Shown one piece after another: positions 44,405-53,538 of a DNA stretch of 64,000 nucleotides (positions are counted from its first letter, which is position 1; every line of letters begins with the position of its first letter). The stretch covers positions 1,530 to 65,529 of the forward strand of contig DASZWN010000003.1 in the NCBI GenBank assembly GCA_035546575.1. The letters run 5' to 3'. The notes beneath the pieces were generated by a model. It saw nothing but the letters and a program-made list of their open reading frames with translations, did no database searches and was not told where the DNA came from. The translations under genes and the position numbers were made by a program. Source of the DNA: Minisyncoccota bacterium. GTDB taxonomy: Bacteria > Patescibacteriota > Minisyncoccia > Phycocordibacterales > SBAW01.

Positions 44405-46924
44405 TTGCTCATGTTTTCCCTCAAAAACCTGTTCGGAGTTAACAGCGCAAAAGCCCTAGGAGGGGCGAGCGGCGTTGTCGACGCTATCAACCGTTTAGAG
44501 CCTCAGATGGAAGGATTGTCCGACGAGGCTCTGCGTAAGCTCACGCACGACTTCCGCAATCGGCTCAGCGCGGGCGAGACACTCGACGACCTCCTCCCGG
44601 AGGCGTTTGCGGCGGTCCGCGAGGCATCTCGCCGCACGCTCAAACTGCGCCATTTTGATGTACAGCTTATCGGCGGGTTGGTGCTCCATCGCGGCGGCAT
44701 TGCCGAGATGAAAACCGGCGAGGGCAAGACGCTTGTGGCTACGCTGCCTGCATATTTGAATGCGCTAGAGAATCGCGGCGTACACGTAGTCACCGTCAAC
44801 GACTATCTCGCACGCCGCGACGCAGTGTGGATGGGCCAAGTGTATGCAGCGCTCGGGCTCTCGGTTGGCATCATCAATCACGACTCTTCTTATGTATACG
44901 ACGGCTCACATATACAGGCGCAGGAAGATGCAATGCGCGACCAGGAGGGGAGCTTTAGGGTATTTTATGATTTTTTGCGCCCTTGCACGCGCGCAGAGGC
45001 ATACGCCGCGGACATCACCTACGGCACCAACTCCGAATTCGGCTTTGACTATCTGCGCGACAATATTGCCTACAGCGCGCGCGAGCTGCGCCAGCGCGGC
45101 CACGCATACGCGATAGTCGACGAGATCGACTCGATCCTTATCGACGAGGCTCGTACGCCGCTTATCATCTCTGCGCCTGCGCAAGATTCCGAGAATCTCT
45201 ACACGACGTTTGCCAAAGTCGCTGCAAGCCTCAAGCCCGAGGTTGACTACACGGTCGACGAGAAGCGCAAGGCGATACAAATGACCGATGCGGGCATCAG
45301 CAGCGCCGAAAAGATGCTCGGCATAGACAATATCTATACCGAAAAGGGCATCAAATACGTGCACCACCTCGAGACGGCGGTGCGCGCCCAGGCGCTTTTT
45401 AAAGTTGATAAGGAGTATGTCGTTAAAAACGGCGAGGTGGTGATTGTTGATGAGTCGACCGGCCGCATGCAGCCGGGGCGCCGCTGGAGCGAGGGCCTCC
45501 ACCAGGCTATTGAGGCCAAAGAGGGTGTAACTATACAAAAAGAGTCGCGCACATTCGCCTCGATTACCTACCAAAACTACTTTAAACTCTACGGAAAGCT
45601 TGCTGGTATGACCGGCACTGCGGCAACATCGAGCGAAGAGTTTTATAAAGTATACGGGCTCGAGGTTGCTGATATCCCGACCAACAAGCCGGTGGTCCGC
45701 CAAGACCATGGCGACCTTATCTTCCAGACGGAGAAGGGCAAATTTAGCGCGCTCGCACGCATGATCAAAACTGTGCACGAAAAGGGCCAGCCCGTGCTTG
45801 TCGGCACCGTATCTATCGAAAAGAACGAGCTTTTGAGCGCGTATCTAAAGCGCGAGGGTATCCCGCATGAGGTACTCAACGCCAAAAACCACGAGCGCGA
45901 AGGCGAAATCATTGCTGAGGCGGGCAAGCGTGGCCGCGTAACGGTCGCAACAAACATGGCGGGCCGCGGTGTCGATATTAAGCTCGGCGGAGCGATGGCG
46001 AGCGCCGACGAGGCGGAAGCAGTACGGCAAGTTGGCGGATTGTTTGTGGTAGGTACCGAGCGGCACGAGGCGCGCCGCATCGACAACCAGCTGCGCGGCC
46101 GCTCCGGCCGCCAGGGCGATCCGGGCGAGACACAATTCCTCGTTTCTCTTGAGGATAACCTTATGCGCGTGTTTGCATCTGACACGATAAAAAATATGAT
46201 GGGCCGTTTTGGTATCCCAGAGGACGAGCCGATCCAGAACAAGCTCGTGTCTCGTGCGCTCGAGAGCGCGCAGACAAAAATAGAGGGCTTTAACTTTGAC
46301 TCGCGCAAACATGTGCTCGAGTTCGACAACGTGCTTGATAGGCAGCGCCGCGCCGTATATGCCAAGCGCCGCGCGGTGCTTGTTGGCACGTCAGACGAGG
46401 TTGCCGCGGTGCTGAGCGAGCTTGCGGGAGAGAACCCGGAGGCTCAAGCGCTCCTTGCTAAAAAAGAAGAGGAGCTGGGGCGCGAAGGCTTGCTTGCTGC
46501 TGCTCGCACCATCGTGCTCCAGACACTCGATATGCTCTGGGTGGAGCATTTGGAGAGCATGGAATATTTGCGAGGCTCGGTGAACCTGCGCGCCTATGGC
46601 CAGCGCGACCCGCTGGTGGAGTACCGCAAGGAGGGGACACAGATGTATCGCGAGCTTGAGATGGTGCTCACAAACCAGGTGTTTGAGCTGATCGAAAGGC
46701 TCACCAAAGAGGCGGCACAGAGTGCGACTTCGCTCGCGGCGGCTCCTACTACAACAAGTTTGGCAGCAATGGGTGCTGAACAGGCACAAGTGGCCGGCAT
46801 AGAGCGCAATGACCCATGCCCATGCGGTGCGATCAACCCTGCAACGGGTAAAGTATACAAATGGAAAAATTGCGGGCTCAAAAACACTCCCGAGCACCAA
46901 AAGCTCATGGCAGAGAAAAAATAA
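44405..46924 (+). CDS. secA: Preprotein translocase ATPase SecA
   Basis: DEAD motor motifs (MKTGEGKTLVATLPAYLNAL, TNMAGRGVDI), HWD/HSD domains, and a C-terminal Zn finger DPCPCGA...KWKNCG. Confidence 0.95.
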   Translation: MLMFSLKNLFGVNSAKALGGASGVVDAINRLEPQMEGLSDEALRKLTHDFRNRLSAGETLDDLLPEAFAAVREASRRTLKLRHFDVQLIGGLVLHRGGIAEMKTGEGKTLVATLPAYLNALENRGVHVVTVNDYLARRDAVWMGQVYAALGLSVGIINHDSSYVYDGSHIQAQEDAMRDQEGSFRVFYDFLRPCTRAEAYAADITYGTNSEFGFDYLRDNIAYSARELRQRGHAYAIVDEIDSILIDEARTPLIISAPAQDSENLYTTFAKVAASLKPEVDYTVDEKRKAIQMTDAGISSAEKMLGIDNIYTEKGIKYVHHLETAVRAQALFKVDKEYVVKNGEVVIVDESTGRMQPGRRWSEGLHQAIEAKEGVTIQKESRTFASITYQNYFKLYGKLAGMTGTAATSSEEFYKVYGLEVADIPTNKPVVRQDHGDLIFQTEKGKFSALARMIKTVHEKGQPVLVGTVSIEKNELLSAYLKREGIPHEVLNAKNHEREGEIIAEAGKRGRVTVATNMAGRGVDIKLGGAMASADEAEAVRQVGGLFVVGTERHEARRIDNQLRGRSGRQGDPGETQFLVSLEDNLMRVFASDTIKNMMGRFGIPEDEPIQNKLVSRALESAQTKIEGFNFDSRKHVLEFDNVLDRQRRAVYAKRRAVLVGTSDEVAAVLSELAGENPEAQALLAKKEEELGREGLLAAARTIVLQTLDMLWVEHLESMEYLRGSVNLRAYGQRDPLVEYRKEGTQMYRELEMVLTNQVFELIERLTKEAAQSATSLAAAPTTTSLAAMGAEQAQVAGIERNDPCPCGAINPATGKVYKWKNCGLKNTPEHQKLMAEKK

Positions 46925-47379
46925 TGACAGAGCGATTCAAGCTAATTCCAGAAGTCTTCCTGATTCTTATAAAAGACGGTAAAGTTTTACTCTCGCGGCG
47001 AGCTAATACCGGTTACATGGACGGGCATTACGGGCTAGTAGCTGGGCATGCTGAGGAGCATGAGCCTATGCGTACAGCACTTGCGCGCGAGGCAAAAGAA
47101 GAAGCGGGCATTACTATCAACCCGCAAAATTTGCGCCATATTGTTACCATCCACCGCTACTGTCCCGACCCAGAGAATATTCACGAGCGAATTGGTTTTT
47201 ACTTCACAACCGATAGTTGGAAAGGAGAAATACTAAATACCGAGCCGGATAAGTGCGATGATCTTTCCTGGTTTCCTATAAGCGACTTGCCACACAACAC
47301 TATCGACTACGTAAAAGAAGCGATAGGGTGCTTCGTATCAGGACAGAGTTATTTAGAATTTGGATTTGATCATGCCTAA
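46924..47379 (+). CDS. NUDIX hydrolase
   Basis: Nudix box GLVAGHAEEHEPMRTALAREAKEEAGI; the ATG at 46924 overlaps the secA stop (TAATG). Confidence 0.8.
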   Translation: MTERFKLIPEVFLILIKDGKVLLSRRANTGYMDGHYGLVAGHAEEHEPMRTALAREAKEEAGITINPQNLRHIVTIHRYCPDPENIHERIGFYFTTDSWKGEILNTEPDKCDDLSWFPISDLPHNTIDYVKEAIGCFVSGQSYLEFGFDHA

Positions 47380-47581
47380 AGTCGGAGCCACATACCAGCA
47401 CTACAAAGGTGCACACTACAAAGTGCTTTTTATTGCGCAGCATAGCGATACTGAGGAAAAGCTCGTGATCTACCAAGATGTCGACCACCCGGAAAAGGTC
47501 TGGGCGCGCTCACCCGAAGTGTTTATGGGTGAAACAGAGTGGGAGGGTAAGAAGGTCGCGCGATTTACTCTGGTTGCATAG
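47372..47581 (+). CDS. DUF1653-family small protein
   Basis: YQHYKGAHYKV...VIYQDVDHPEKVWARSPEVF matches the DUF1653 pattern. Confidence 0.55.
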   Translation: MPKVGATYQHYKGAHYKVLFIAQHSDTEEKLVIYQDVDHPEKVWARSPEVFMGETEWEGKKVARFTLVA

Positions 47582-47587
47582 TAGAAT
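47582..47587 (+). promoter_or_regulatory. -10 hexamer TAGAAT 6 nt upstream of the ccdA ATG at 47594 (leaderless-type)
   Basis: TAGAAT-aaacag-ATG. Confidence 0.35.
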
Positions 47588-47593
47588 AAACAG

Positions 47594-48352
47594 ATGCTAT
47601 CGCTCGACCCGCTTATACTCGCTCCCGCCGCTTTTTTGGCGGGCGTTTTGATGTTCTTGGCGCCTTGTACGCTGCCTATTGTGCCTGGGTATCTTGCGTT
47701 CATTTCAGGGAGCGTAGCTTCCGGAAATGAACAAATTAAAAAGCGCCGGAATAATGTAGTGCGCAATGCGATATTTTTTGTAATTGGCTTCTCATTTGTT
47801 TTTATGTTGCTCGGCACGTTTGCTGGATTCTTTGGTATGTTCTTGGCACCGTGGAAAGACTTCCTCGGAAGGCTCGCGGGGTTAGTGATTATCATCTTCG
47901 GCCTCACGATGCTCGGGTTACTGCGCTTGCCGGGGCTCGGCGGCGAGCATCATTTCCGCATGCCCAAATTTTTGGCAGTTGGACACCCGCAGAGCTCATT
48001 TTTGATTGGCGCCTTGTTTGCGCTTGGCTGGAGTCCATGCATTGGGCCGATACTCGGCACGGTACTTATCTTTGCATCAACTTCCTCCACCGCGTTTGCG
48101 GGTGCTTTATTGCTCGCGGCCTTCTCGTTCGGGCTTGGATTGCCATTTATTCTCACGGCGGTGTTTCTTGAAAGTCTGCATGCCTCTTTTGCAAAGTGGG
48201 GGACATTAGTAACCGCACTTTCCTACATCGGCGGCACAGTGCTTGTTGCGCTCGGAGTCCTGATGCTTTTTGGTGATATGGGTCTGCTCATAACGTGGGG
48301 CTACAAATTCTTTGATTTTATCGGCTACGGCCGGTTGCTTAACTATCTCTAA
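47594..48352 (+). CDS. ccdA: Cytochrome c-type biogenesis / thiol-disulfide transporter CcdA (DsbD transmembrane domain)
   Basis: Two Cys motifs in TM helices (LAPCTLP and GWSPCIGP), 6-TM layout. Confidence 0.8.
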   Translation: MLSLDPLILAPAAFLAGVLMFLAPCTLPIVPGYLAFISGSVASGNEQIKKRRNNVVRNAIFFVIGFSFVFMLLGTFAGFFGMFLAPWKDFLGRLAGLVIIIFGLTMLGLLRLPGLGGEHHFRMPKFLAVGHPQSSFLIGALFALGWSPCIGPILGTVLIFASTSSTAFAGALLLAAFSFGLGLPFILTAVFLESLHASFAKWGTLVTALSYIGGTVLVALGVLMLFGDMGLLITWGYKFFDFIGYGRLLNYL

Positions 48353-48401
48353 GCTTCACGCGCAGCGTTTTTTGTGGTATATCGGAACCAGGAACAGTTC
48401 C

Positions 48402-49076
48402 ATGAAAGGGCTGCATATGAGCAGACATGGTCGACACAGCAATCGCGCATATAGAAAAGCGCTAAGACTTCGTACGGAAGAGGCTCTTGCGATGCAGGCT
48501 CGCTTGCAGGAACAAGGCTCTCTGCCAACCAGCTACTCTGCTACCAAAAAACGCTACATCACTTTGCGGTTAGGAATTACCAGACAGACGAATCCCGAGT
48601 CATTTGCTCGCGAGTTCGATCTTCTGGAGCAATCTACTCGGATAGAAAAAATCGTTATTACCCCAGGGTGGGACGTGTTTACCATTGATACGGCTCCCAT
48701 TCTGAAAGCTTTTAATGGTGGCGTGGTCTTTGTTGCCATCTATCGTGTTAAGATCAGAGGGTTAAAGCCTAGCCGCACGGAGCTTAAAAACAAGCCTCCG
48801 GTATTTACTGTGGAGTGCTTAGAGTCAGGCAACAGGGAAGGCAAGGATCCTCCCTACATGATGGATAGGACAAGCTTTTGCTTTGGGGATAGAGGGTCAT
48901 ATATCCAAGCTCTGCTTGTGCAAGGAGAGATTGCGCAAGCGTGCCATACGATCCTCGGATCGCTTTGGCACATCAATGATACGGGTGAGAACATTCTTGA
49001 GGGGCATAAGCGTGTTCCTCAGGAGTGGCGCCCCGAAGTTATAACCCCTTACCCATCAAAAATCGAAGGAGAGTAG
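48402..49076 (+). CDS. Hypothetical protein (225 aa, 3 Cys) at the head of the E1-Ubl module
   Basis: No recognisable family. Start taken at the ATG at 48402, downstream of the ccdA stop. Confidence 0.45.
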   Translation: MKGLHMSRHGRHSNRAYRKALRLRTEEALAMQARLQEQGSLPTSYSATKKRYITLRLGITRQTNPESFAREFDLLEQSTRIEKIVITPGWDVFTIDTAPILKAFNGGVVFVAIYRVKIRGLKPSRTELKNKPPVFTVECLESGNREGKDPPYMMDRTSFCFGDRGSYIQALLVQGEIAQACHTILGSLWHINDTGENILEGHKRVPQEWRPEVITPYPSKIEGE

Positions 49077-49081
49077 CGCGC

Positions 49082-49810
49082 ATGCACGCTAGCGAAAATA
49101 AGCCCCCTCTCTTCTATCCCGACCGTCTCGGACACTCAGTCGTACTTGTTGGTGCAGGAGGTATTGGGAGTATCCTGCTCCCACTCCTGGTCAAGTGTGG
49201 TCCACGCCGCATCACGATTTGGGATGACGATACTGTCGAGCCGGTTAACTTGGCTCAGCAGGGATTCGATGCCGAGGACATAGGAGAACTTAAAGTCCGA
49301 GCACTCGCGCATCGCGCAGGTGCGATCAATCCGGACTTGGAGATCCGAGCTGTCCACGAACGTCGATTTACGCAGGATGATCTGCTTGACGGGGTAGTCG
49401 TTGCGGGCGTAGATTCAATGAAGAGCCGCCGCGCTATCTTTAGTGCAGTGCGTCGGCAAGCCGATCGAGTGCCTCTCTTTATTGATGGGCGCTTGAGTCG
49501 AAAGTTCAATGAGTATCTGGTTGTCTACTTCATCGACCCGAGCAGTCGGGAGGAAGTGGAACTCTACGAAAGCACGTTCTTTGACGACAGCGAGGTAGAA
49601 AAAGTGCCTCGGCCTGAGAAGTTGTCGGCTCATACGCCGATATTACTAGCCGGTTTCATCGGTGCAGGTCTTGCTCGGTGGATCGGCGACGGGCGTCACC
49701 CCTGGAAGGTGACATGCGATGCCGTTTCCATGCACGTAGAATCGTACTGGATCGGCAAAACCAGAGAAAGGGAAGATAATGAACTTGCGCGTTCTGGTAC
49801 CGGGACATGA
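49082..49810 (+). CDS. ThiF/MoeB/E1-like adenylyltransferase family protein (243 aa; no Zn CxxC pairs, no obvious cross-over-loop Cys)
   Basis: VVLVGAGGIGS Rossmann motif, DDDTVEPVNLAQQGF (compare D.D.VE.SNL.RQ), overall ThiF-like length. Confidence 0.7.
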   Translation: MHASENKPPLFYPDRLGHSVVLVGAGGIGSILLPLLVKCGPRRITIWDDDTVEPVNLAQQGFDAEDIGELKVRALAHRAGAINPDLEIRAVHERRFTQDDLLDGVVVAGVDSMKSRRAIFSAVRRQADRVPLFIDGRLSRKFNEYLVVYFIDPSSREEVELYESTFFDDSEVEKVPRPEKLSAHTPILLAGFIGAGLARWIGDGRHPWKVTCDAVSMHVESYWIGKTREREDNELARSGTGT

Positions 49811-49988
49811 ACCCCATGTTGCCTACTTTGCCCCCGATGTCTCGATGGGTGCGGCTATCCGTGCCGCCGGCGGCGATCCGGGCATGAAGGGCATGGCGAT
49901 CACTGCGGACGGCAAGCCCGCCTCGGCGGACACTCCCGTCGGCACGGCTACGACCGTGGCTCTCGAGCCGCTCGCCAACAACGGCTGA
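49779..49988 (+). CDS. Small beta-grasp ubiquitin-like (ThiS/MoaD-like) protein, 69 aa, C-terminal ...PLANNG
   Basis: Strong ribosome-binding site (AGAAAGGGAAG-ata-ATG). ThiS/MoaD-like pattern MNLRVLVPG...AITADGKPA..DTPV..ATTVAL. Ends in a single Gly rather than GG. Overlaps the E1 3' end by 32 nt. Confidence 0.5.
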   Translation: MNLRVLVPGHEPHVAYFAPDVSMGAAIRAAGGDPGMKGMAITADGKPASADTPVGTATTVALEPLANNG

Positions 49989-50011
49989 TCCTCTCGGTCT
50001 TCAAGTAATGG

Positions 50012-50044
50012 GGCGCCTCGCGAATGCGCGGCGCCTTTTCTTTT
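50012..50044 (+). terminator. Strong Rho-independent terminator after the Ubl gene
   Basis: GGCGCCTCGCG-AAT-GCGCGGCGCC followed by TTTTCTTTT. Confidence 0.75.
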
Positions 50045-50073
50045 ATGACATGCGGTGGGTGTACACTATAGAT

Positions 50074-50409
50074 ATGATAAAAATCTTGATTCGTATTCTT
50101 GCAACCGCTGCGGCGCTCCTTCTTATTGCAAACTATGTTCCGGGGATTGCCGTTGCGAGTTTTACTACTGCACTTATTGTAGCGGTGTTGTGGGGCATCA
50201 TGGGGCTTACGGCGCGCCCGATACTTAAGATACTTACGCTGCCTATTAACATCCTAACCTTCGGATTATTTTCGTTTGTACTCAATGCGATACTGTTTTG
50301 GATACTCGCCGTGTTTGTACCGGGCTTTACGGTTGCCGGATTTGTACCGGCACTTGAGGGTTCAGTCATCTTGATGATAGTCGCATGGGCCTTGCATGCA
50401 GCCCTGTAG
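50074..50409 (+). CDS. DUF360 / phage-holin-4_2-like small membrane protein
   Basis: About 110 aa with 3-4 TM helices (MIKILIRILATAAALLLIANYVPGI...). The ORF-track start at 50008 lies inside the terminator, so the ATG at 50074 is used. Confidence 0.55.
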   Translation: MIKILIRILATAAALLLIANYVPGIAVASFTTALIVAVLWGIMGLTARPILKILTLPINILTFGLFSFVLNAILFWILAVFVPGFTVAGFVPALEGSVILMIVAWALHAAL

Positions 50410-50426
50410 CACAGTACAACGTACTC

Positions 50427-51398
50427 ATGTCATTTGTTGATGAACTGACGATACTCGCTCGCGCCGGCCGTGGCGGCGACGGCGTTGAGCGCTGGCTGCA
50501 CGAAAAGGGCAAAGAGTACTCGGGCCCTGCAGGCGGCAACGGCGGGAACGGCGGCGACGTATATATTGAGGGTGTGCGCGACATCAACCTGCTCGCGCGC
50601 TATCGCGGCGAAAAAAAGTTTGAGGCTGGCGCAGGCAACCCGGGCGAGAACAACAACCGCACCGGGGCCGGCGGCCGCGACATGGTGATAGCGCTGCCTA
50701 TTGGCTCGGTGGTTACTAACCTCGAGACCGGAGAGGTGCACGAGCTTTTGCACGAGGGTGAGCGCAAACTCATACTCAAGGGCGGGCGCGGTGGTGCAGG
50801 CAATGCGGCGTTTAAGTCCTCGGTTAATCGCACGCCTACGGAAACTCTGCCCGGGCTCCCCGGCGAAGAGTCAGAGCTGCGCATCGAGCTGCGTCTTATC
50901 GCAGATGCAGGGCTTATTGGTTTGCCCAACGCAGGCAAGTCGTCCCTCCTTAATGCGCTTACCGGCGCTACAGCAAAAGTCGGTTCGTACGCGTTTACGA
51001 CGCTCGACCCGAACCTGGGCATGCTGTACACCTACATTCTTGCCGACATTCCGGGGCTTATCGAGGGTGCCGCCGACGGCAAAGGGCTCGGTTCCAAGTT
51101 TTTGCGCCATATCGCACGCACAAAGCTTCTTATACACTGCGTCTCGCTTGAGTCCGAGGACCCTGTGGCGGATTATCGCGCGGTGCGGGGGGAGATAGAG
51201 GCGTTCGAAGGCGGAGCGCTTGCGGACAAGCCCGAGCTGGTGCTGTTTACCAAATCGGACATCCGGGATGCGGCGTATATAGAGAAAGTGCGGAAGTCTT
51301 TCGCAAAGGAGTTCAAAAAGGAGACAGCGGTCGTTTCGGTTTTGGACGACGCGGCCGTGGAGGCGCTCAGGCAGACGCTCGTCGCGCACTTGCGCTAA
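50427..51398 (+). CDS. obg: GTPase Obg/CgtA
   Basis: Gly-rich Obg fold N-domain (GGNGGNGGDV), G1 GLIGLPNAGKSSLL, G3 DIPGLIEGA, G4 TKSD. Confidence 0.9.
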   Translation: MSFVDELTILARAGRGGDGVERWLHEKGKEYSGPAGGNGGNGGDVYIEGVRDINLLARYRGEKKFEAGAGNPGENNNRTGAGGRDMVIALPIGSVVTNLETGEVHELLHEGERKLILKGGRGGAGNAAFKSSVNRTPTETLPGLPGEESELRIELRLIADAGLIGLPNAGKSSLLNALTGATAKVGSYAFTTLDPNLGMLYTYILADIPGLIEGAADGKGLGSKFLRHIARTKLLIHCVSLESEDPVADYRAVRGEIEAFEGGALADKPELVLFTKSDIRDAAYIEKVRKSFAKEFKKETAVVSVLDDAAVEALRQTLVAHLR

Positions 51399-51407
51399 TA
51401 TAGGGGG

Positions 51408-53516
51408 ATGCGGTTCCCGTATGGGCTGGCAATATTTTTCATAGCTGGGGCATTCCTTGTGCCAGGCGGCGTACAGGCGGCAGTGCTTTCAAAGCCCGTC
51501 AATAATTTCGGCCTTGCGGCCTTCTGGCCTCTGGATGAGGGCACCGGATCGGCAGCGCGGGATGTAAGCGGAAACGGCAAGAATGGTACCCTTGTCGGCT
51601 CTCCTGCTTGGACGACAGGCCGGCGCGAAGGAGCGCTCAATTTTACCGGCTCGAATTATGTTACGACCGCGATCTCAAGCGTGCCGACGTCCGGCTCAAT
51701 ATCCCTGTGGGCGTATCCGACGTCCTACAATCTTTGGATAAGCCCGGCAGGGTGGAAGGCGACAGCGGTAACCAATACGTATCTGTTGATAGATGAGGGT
51801 GGCGGCAGTAGCCCGGGCACATGGCGCGCGGTATTCCGCAAGGGCAGTTCGGGCGAAGCCAATATCGTCGGCCCTACCATCCAGCAGAATGCGTGGACCC
51901 ATGTCGTTATGACATGGAGCCTCTCCGGTTCGGTGTACACTATTACGCTCTATATCAACGGAGTGCAATACGGCAGCCCGACCACCTATACAGACACGGG
52001 CGGAAGTACGAGCTACGGCAACTTCGCGTTCGGGACCGCAGGAGAGGCGGTGAATAATAACTACAGCGGTAAGATCGACGATGTGCGGGTGTTCAACAGA
52101 ACGCTTACGGCCACGGAGGTAAAATCGCTCTACAGCACGCAAGCGACAGTGCGCGCCCCCAATAACCTCGGGCTTGCAGGATACTGGCCGTTCGACGAAG
52201 GCTCGGGCGCGATCGCCGGCGATATGAGCGGTAACCGCAACAACGGAACGCTCTCCGGCTCGACACTGCCAAGCTGGGTGGGCGGCAAACACGGCGGAGC
52301 ATTGAGTTTCGATGGCACCGGGGGGTACGTAAGCACTCCAAGCTCCTCAGCACTCAATCTAACAAGCTCTATAACCATAGCCGCTTGGGTAAAAGTCAAC
52401 TCTAATGTAACAAATTACCGCATGATCATCTCGAAAGAGAGTACGGCGGGCACACCATGGCCATTTCGTTTTTACGTCGAGCAGACGACCGGTAAGCTCG
52501 TACTCGACTTTACTGTGAGCTCGGCCATAAAAACTTTTACTACCTCAACTGCTATAAATGACAACATGTGGCACCATGTTGTTGCAGTACGTGACGATAC
52601 GGGTAAGACGGTGACTGTATATATAGATGGTGTATCGCGCGCGTCGGGCTCCTATACTGGCACTGTTGACTCAAGTGCAACAGCGGCTCGTATCGGTATT
52701 AGCCCGTATACAGGCGGTGGCGCGGGCGGGTCGTATCCGTTTATCGGGAATATAGACGAGCTGCGTGTATATAGCCGCGCGCTTTCGGCCTCGGAGATTG
52801 CCGGACTCTATAGCCAAGGCGCGGCGCAGATAAATACTCCCTCCACAAACTCAGCCATCGACAGTACGCTCGGGACTGGCCTTGTTGGCCTCTGGACCTT
52901 CGATGGGGCTGATTTGACCGACAAAATATACGACCGCTCCGGCTCAGGCAACAACGCTTATTTTGACAGTGCGAGCGCCACGTCGTCACGGAAAGCTATC
53001 GGCAAGTTGGGCCAAGGTCTGCGATGGCCGGGCACGGCTGCATATGCGAGAGTCGCAACATTCTCCAATCCTCCTTCGTCAGCAATGAGCATATGTGCGT
53101 GGATAAAAACATCGTCGGACGGTGTACTGCTAAATATCAACCGGAACGTTGGCAACATAGTAAATGAAGGAATTTTTAAGATTGCTACAGGTAAGCTGCT
53201 CTTTTGGGACTACAACGGGTCCTCGTACGGTTTTGTGGACGGCAGCGGGTACAGTAATACTACGGTCACTAACGGTATGTGGCATCATATCTGCTTTACT
53301 AAAAACGGTACTGCAGGCACCTATTATCTTGACGGAGCTGCCGACGGAACCAAGACTGGAGGCTTAAGCATATCGTACGGCACGGCCGATTGGGTACTTG
53401 CTGCCGACTATAGGGACAGCTCCACCTACTTTTCGGGTTCTATGGATGATGTGCGTATCTATAACCGCACACTCTCGGCGGCTGAGATTAAGCAGCTCTA
53501 CCTGCTAGGGCAGTAA
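51408..53516 (+). CDS. Secreted protein with three tandem LamG/concanavalin-A-like (Laminin_G_3) domains
   Basis: Signal peptide; three repeats of the pattern LVGLW.FDG...GNG.L.G...W..G..G.AL.FDG...YV (the element-introducing variant varies per repeat)......W.HVV......YIDG....ID(D/E)VR(V/I)Y.R.L(S/T)A.E(I/V)..LY. Confidence 0.75.
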   Translation: MRFPYGLAIFFIAGAFLVPGGVQAAVLSKPVNNFGLAAFWPLDEGTGSAARDVSGNGKNGTLVGSPAWTTGRREGALNFTGSNYVTTAISSVPTSGSISLWAYPTSYNLWISPAGWKATAVTNTYLLIDEGGGSSPGTWRAVFRKGSSGEANIVGPTIQQNAWTHVVMTWSLSGSVYTITLYINGVQYGSPTTYTDTGGSTSYGNFAFGTAGEAVNNNYSGKIDDVRVFNRTLTATEVKSLYSTQATVRAPNNLGLAGYWPFDEGSGAIAGDMSGNRNNGTLSGSTLPSWVGGKHGGALSFDGTGGYVSTPSSSALNLTSSITIAAWVKVNSNVTNYRMIISKESTAGTPWPFRFYVEQTTGKLVLDFTVSSAIKTFTTSTAINDNMWHHVVAVRDDTGKTVTVYIDGVSRASGSYTGTVDSSATAARIGISPYTGGGAGGSYPFIGNIDELRVYSRALSASEIAGLYSQGAAQINTPSTNSAIDSTLGTGLVGLWTFDGADLTDKIYDRSGSGNNAYFDSASATSSRKAIGKLGQGLRWPGTAAYARVATFSNPPSSAMSICAWIKTSSDGVLLNINRNVGNIVNEGIFKIATGKLLFWDYNGSSYGFVDGSGYSNTTVTNGMWHHICFTKNGTAGTYYLDGAADGTKTGGLSISYGTADWVLAADYRDSSTYFSGSMDDVRIYNRTLSAAEIKQLYLLGQ

Positions 53517-53538
53517 TCTGCTATATTGCTCCATATAT

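Noticed and set aside
44906-46900. Several 150-290-aa minus-strand ORFs inside secA
   Set aside because: secA is unambiguous on the plus strand; these are antisense artefacts.
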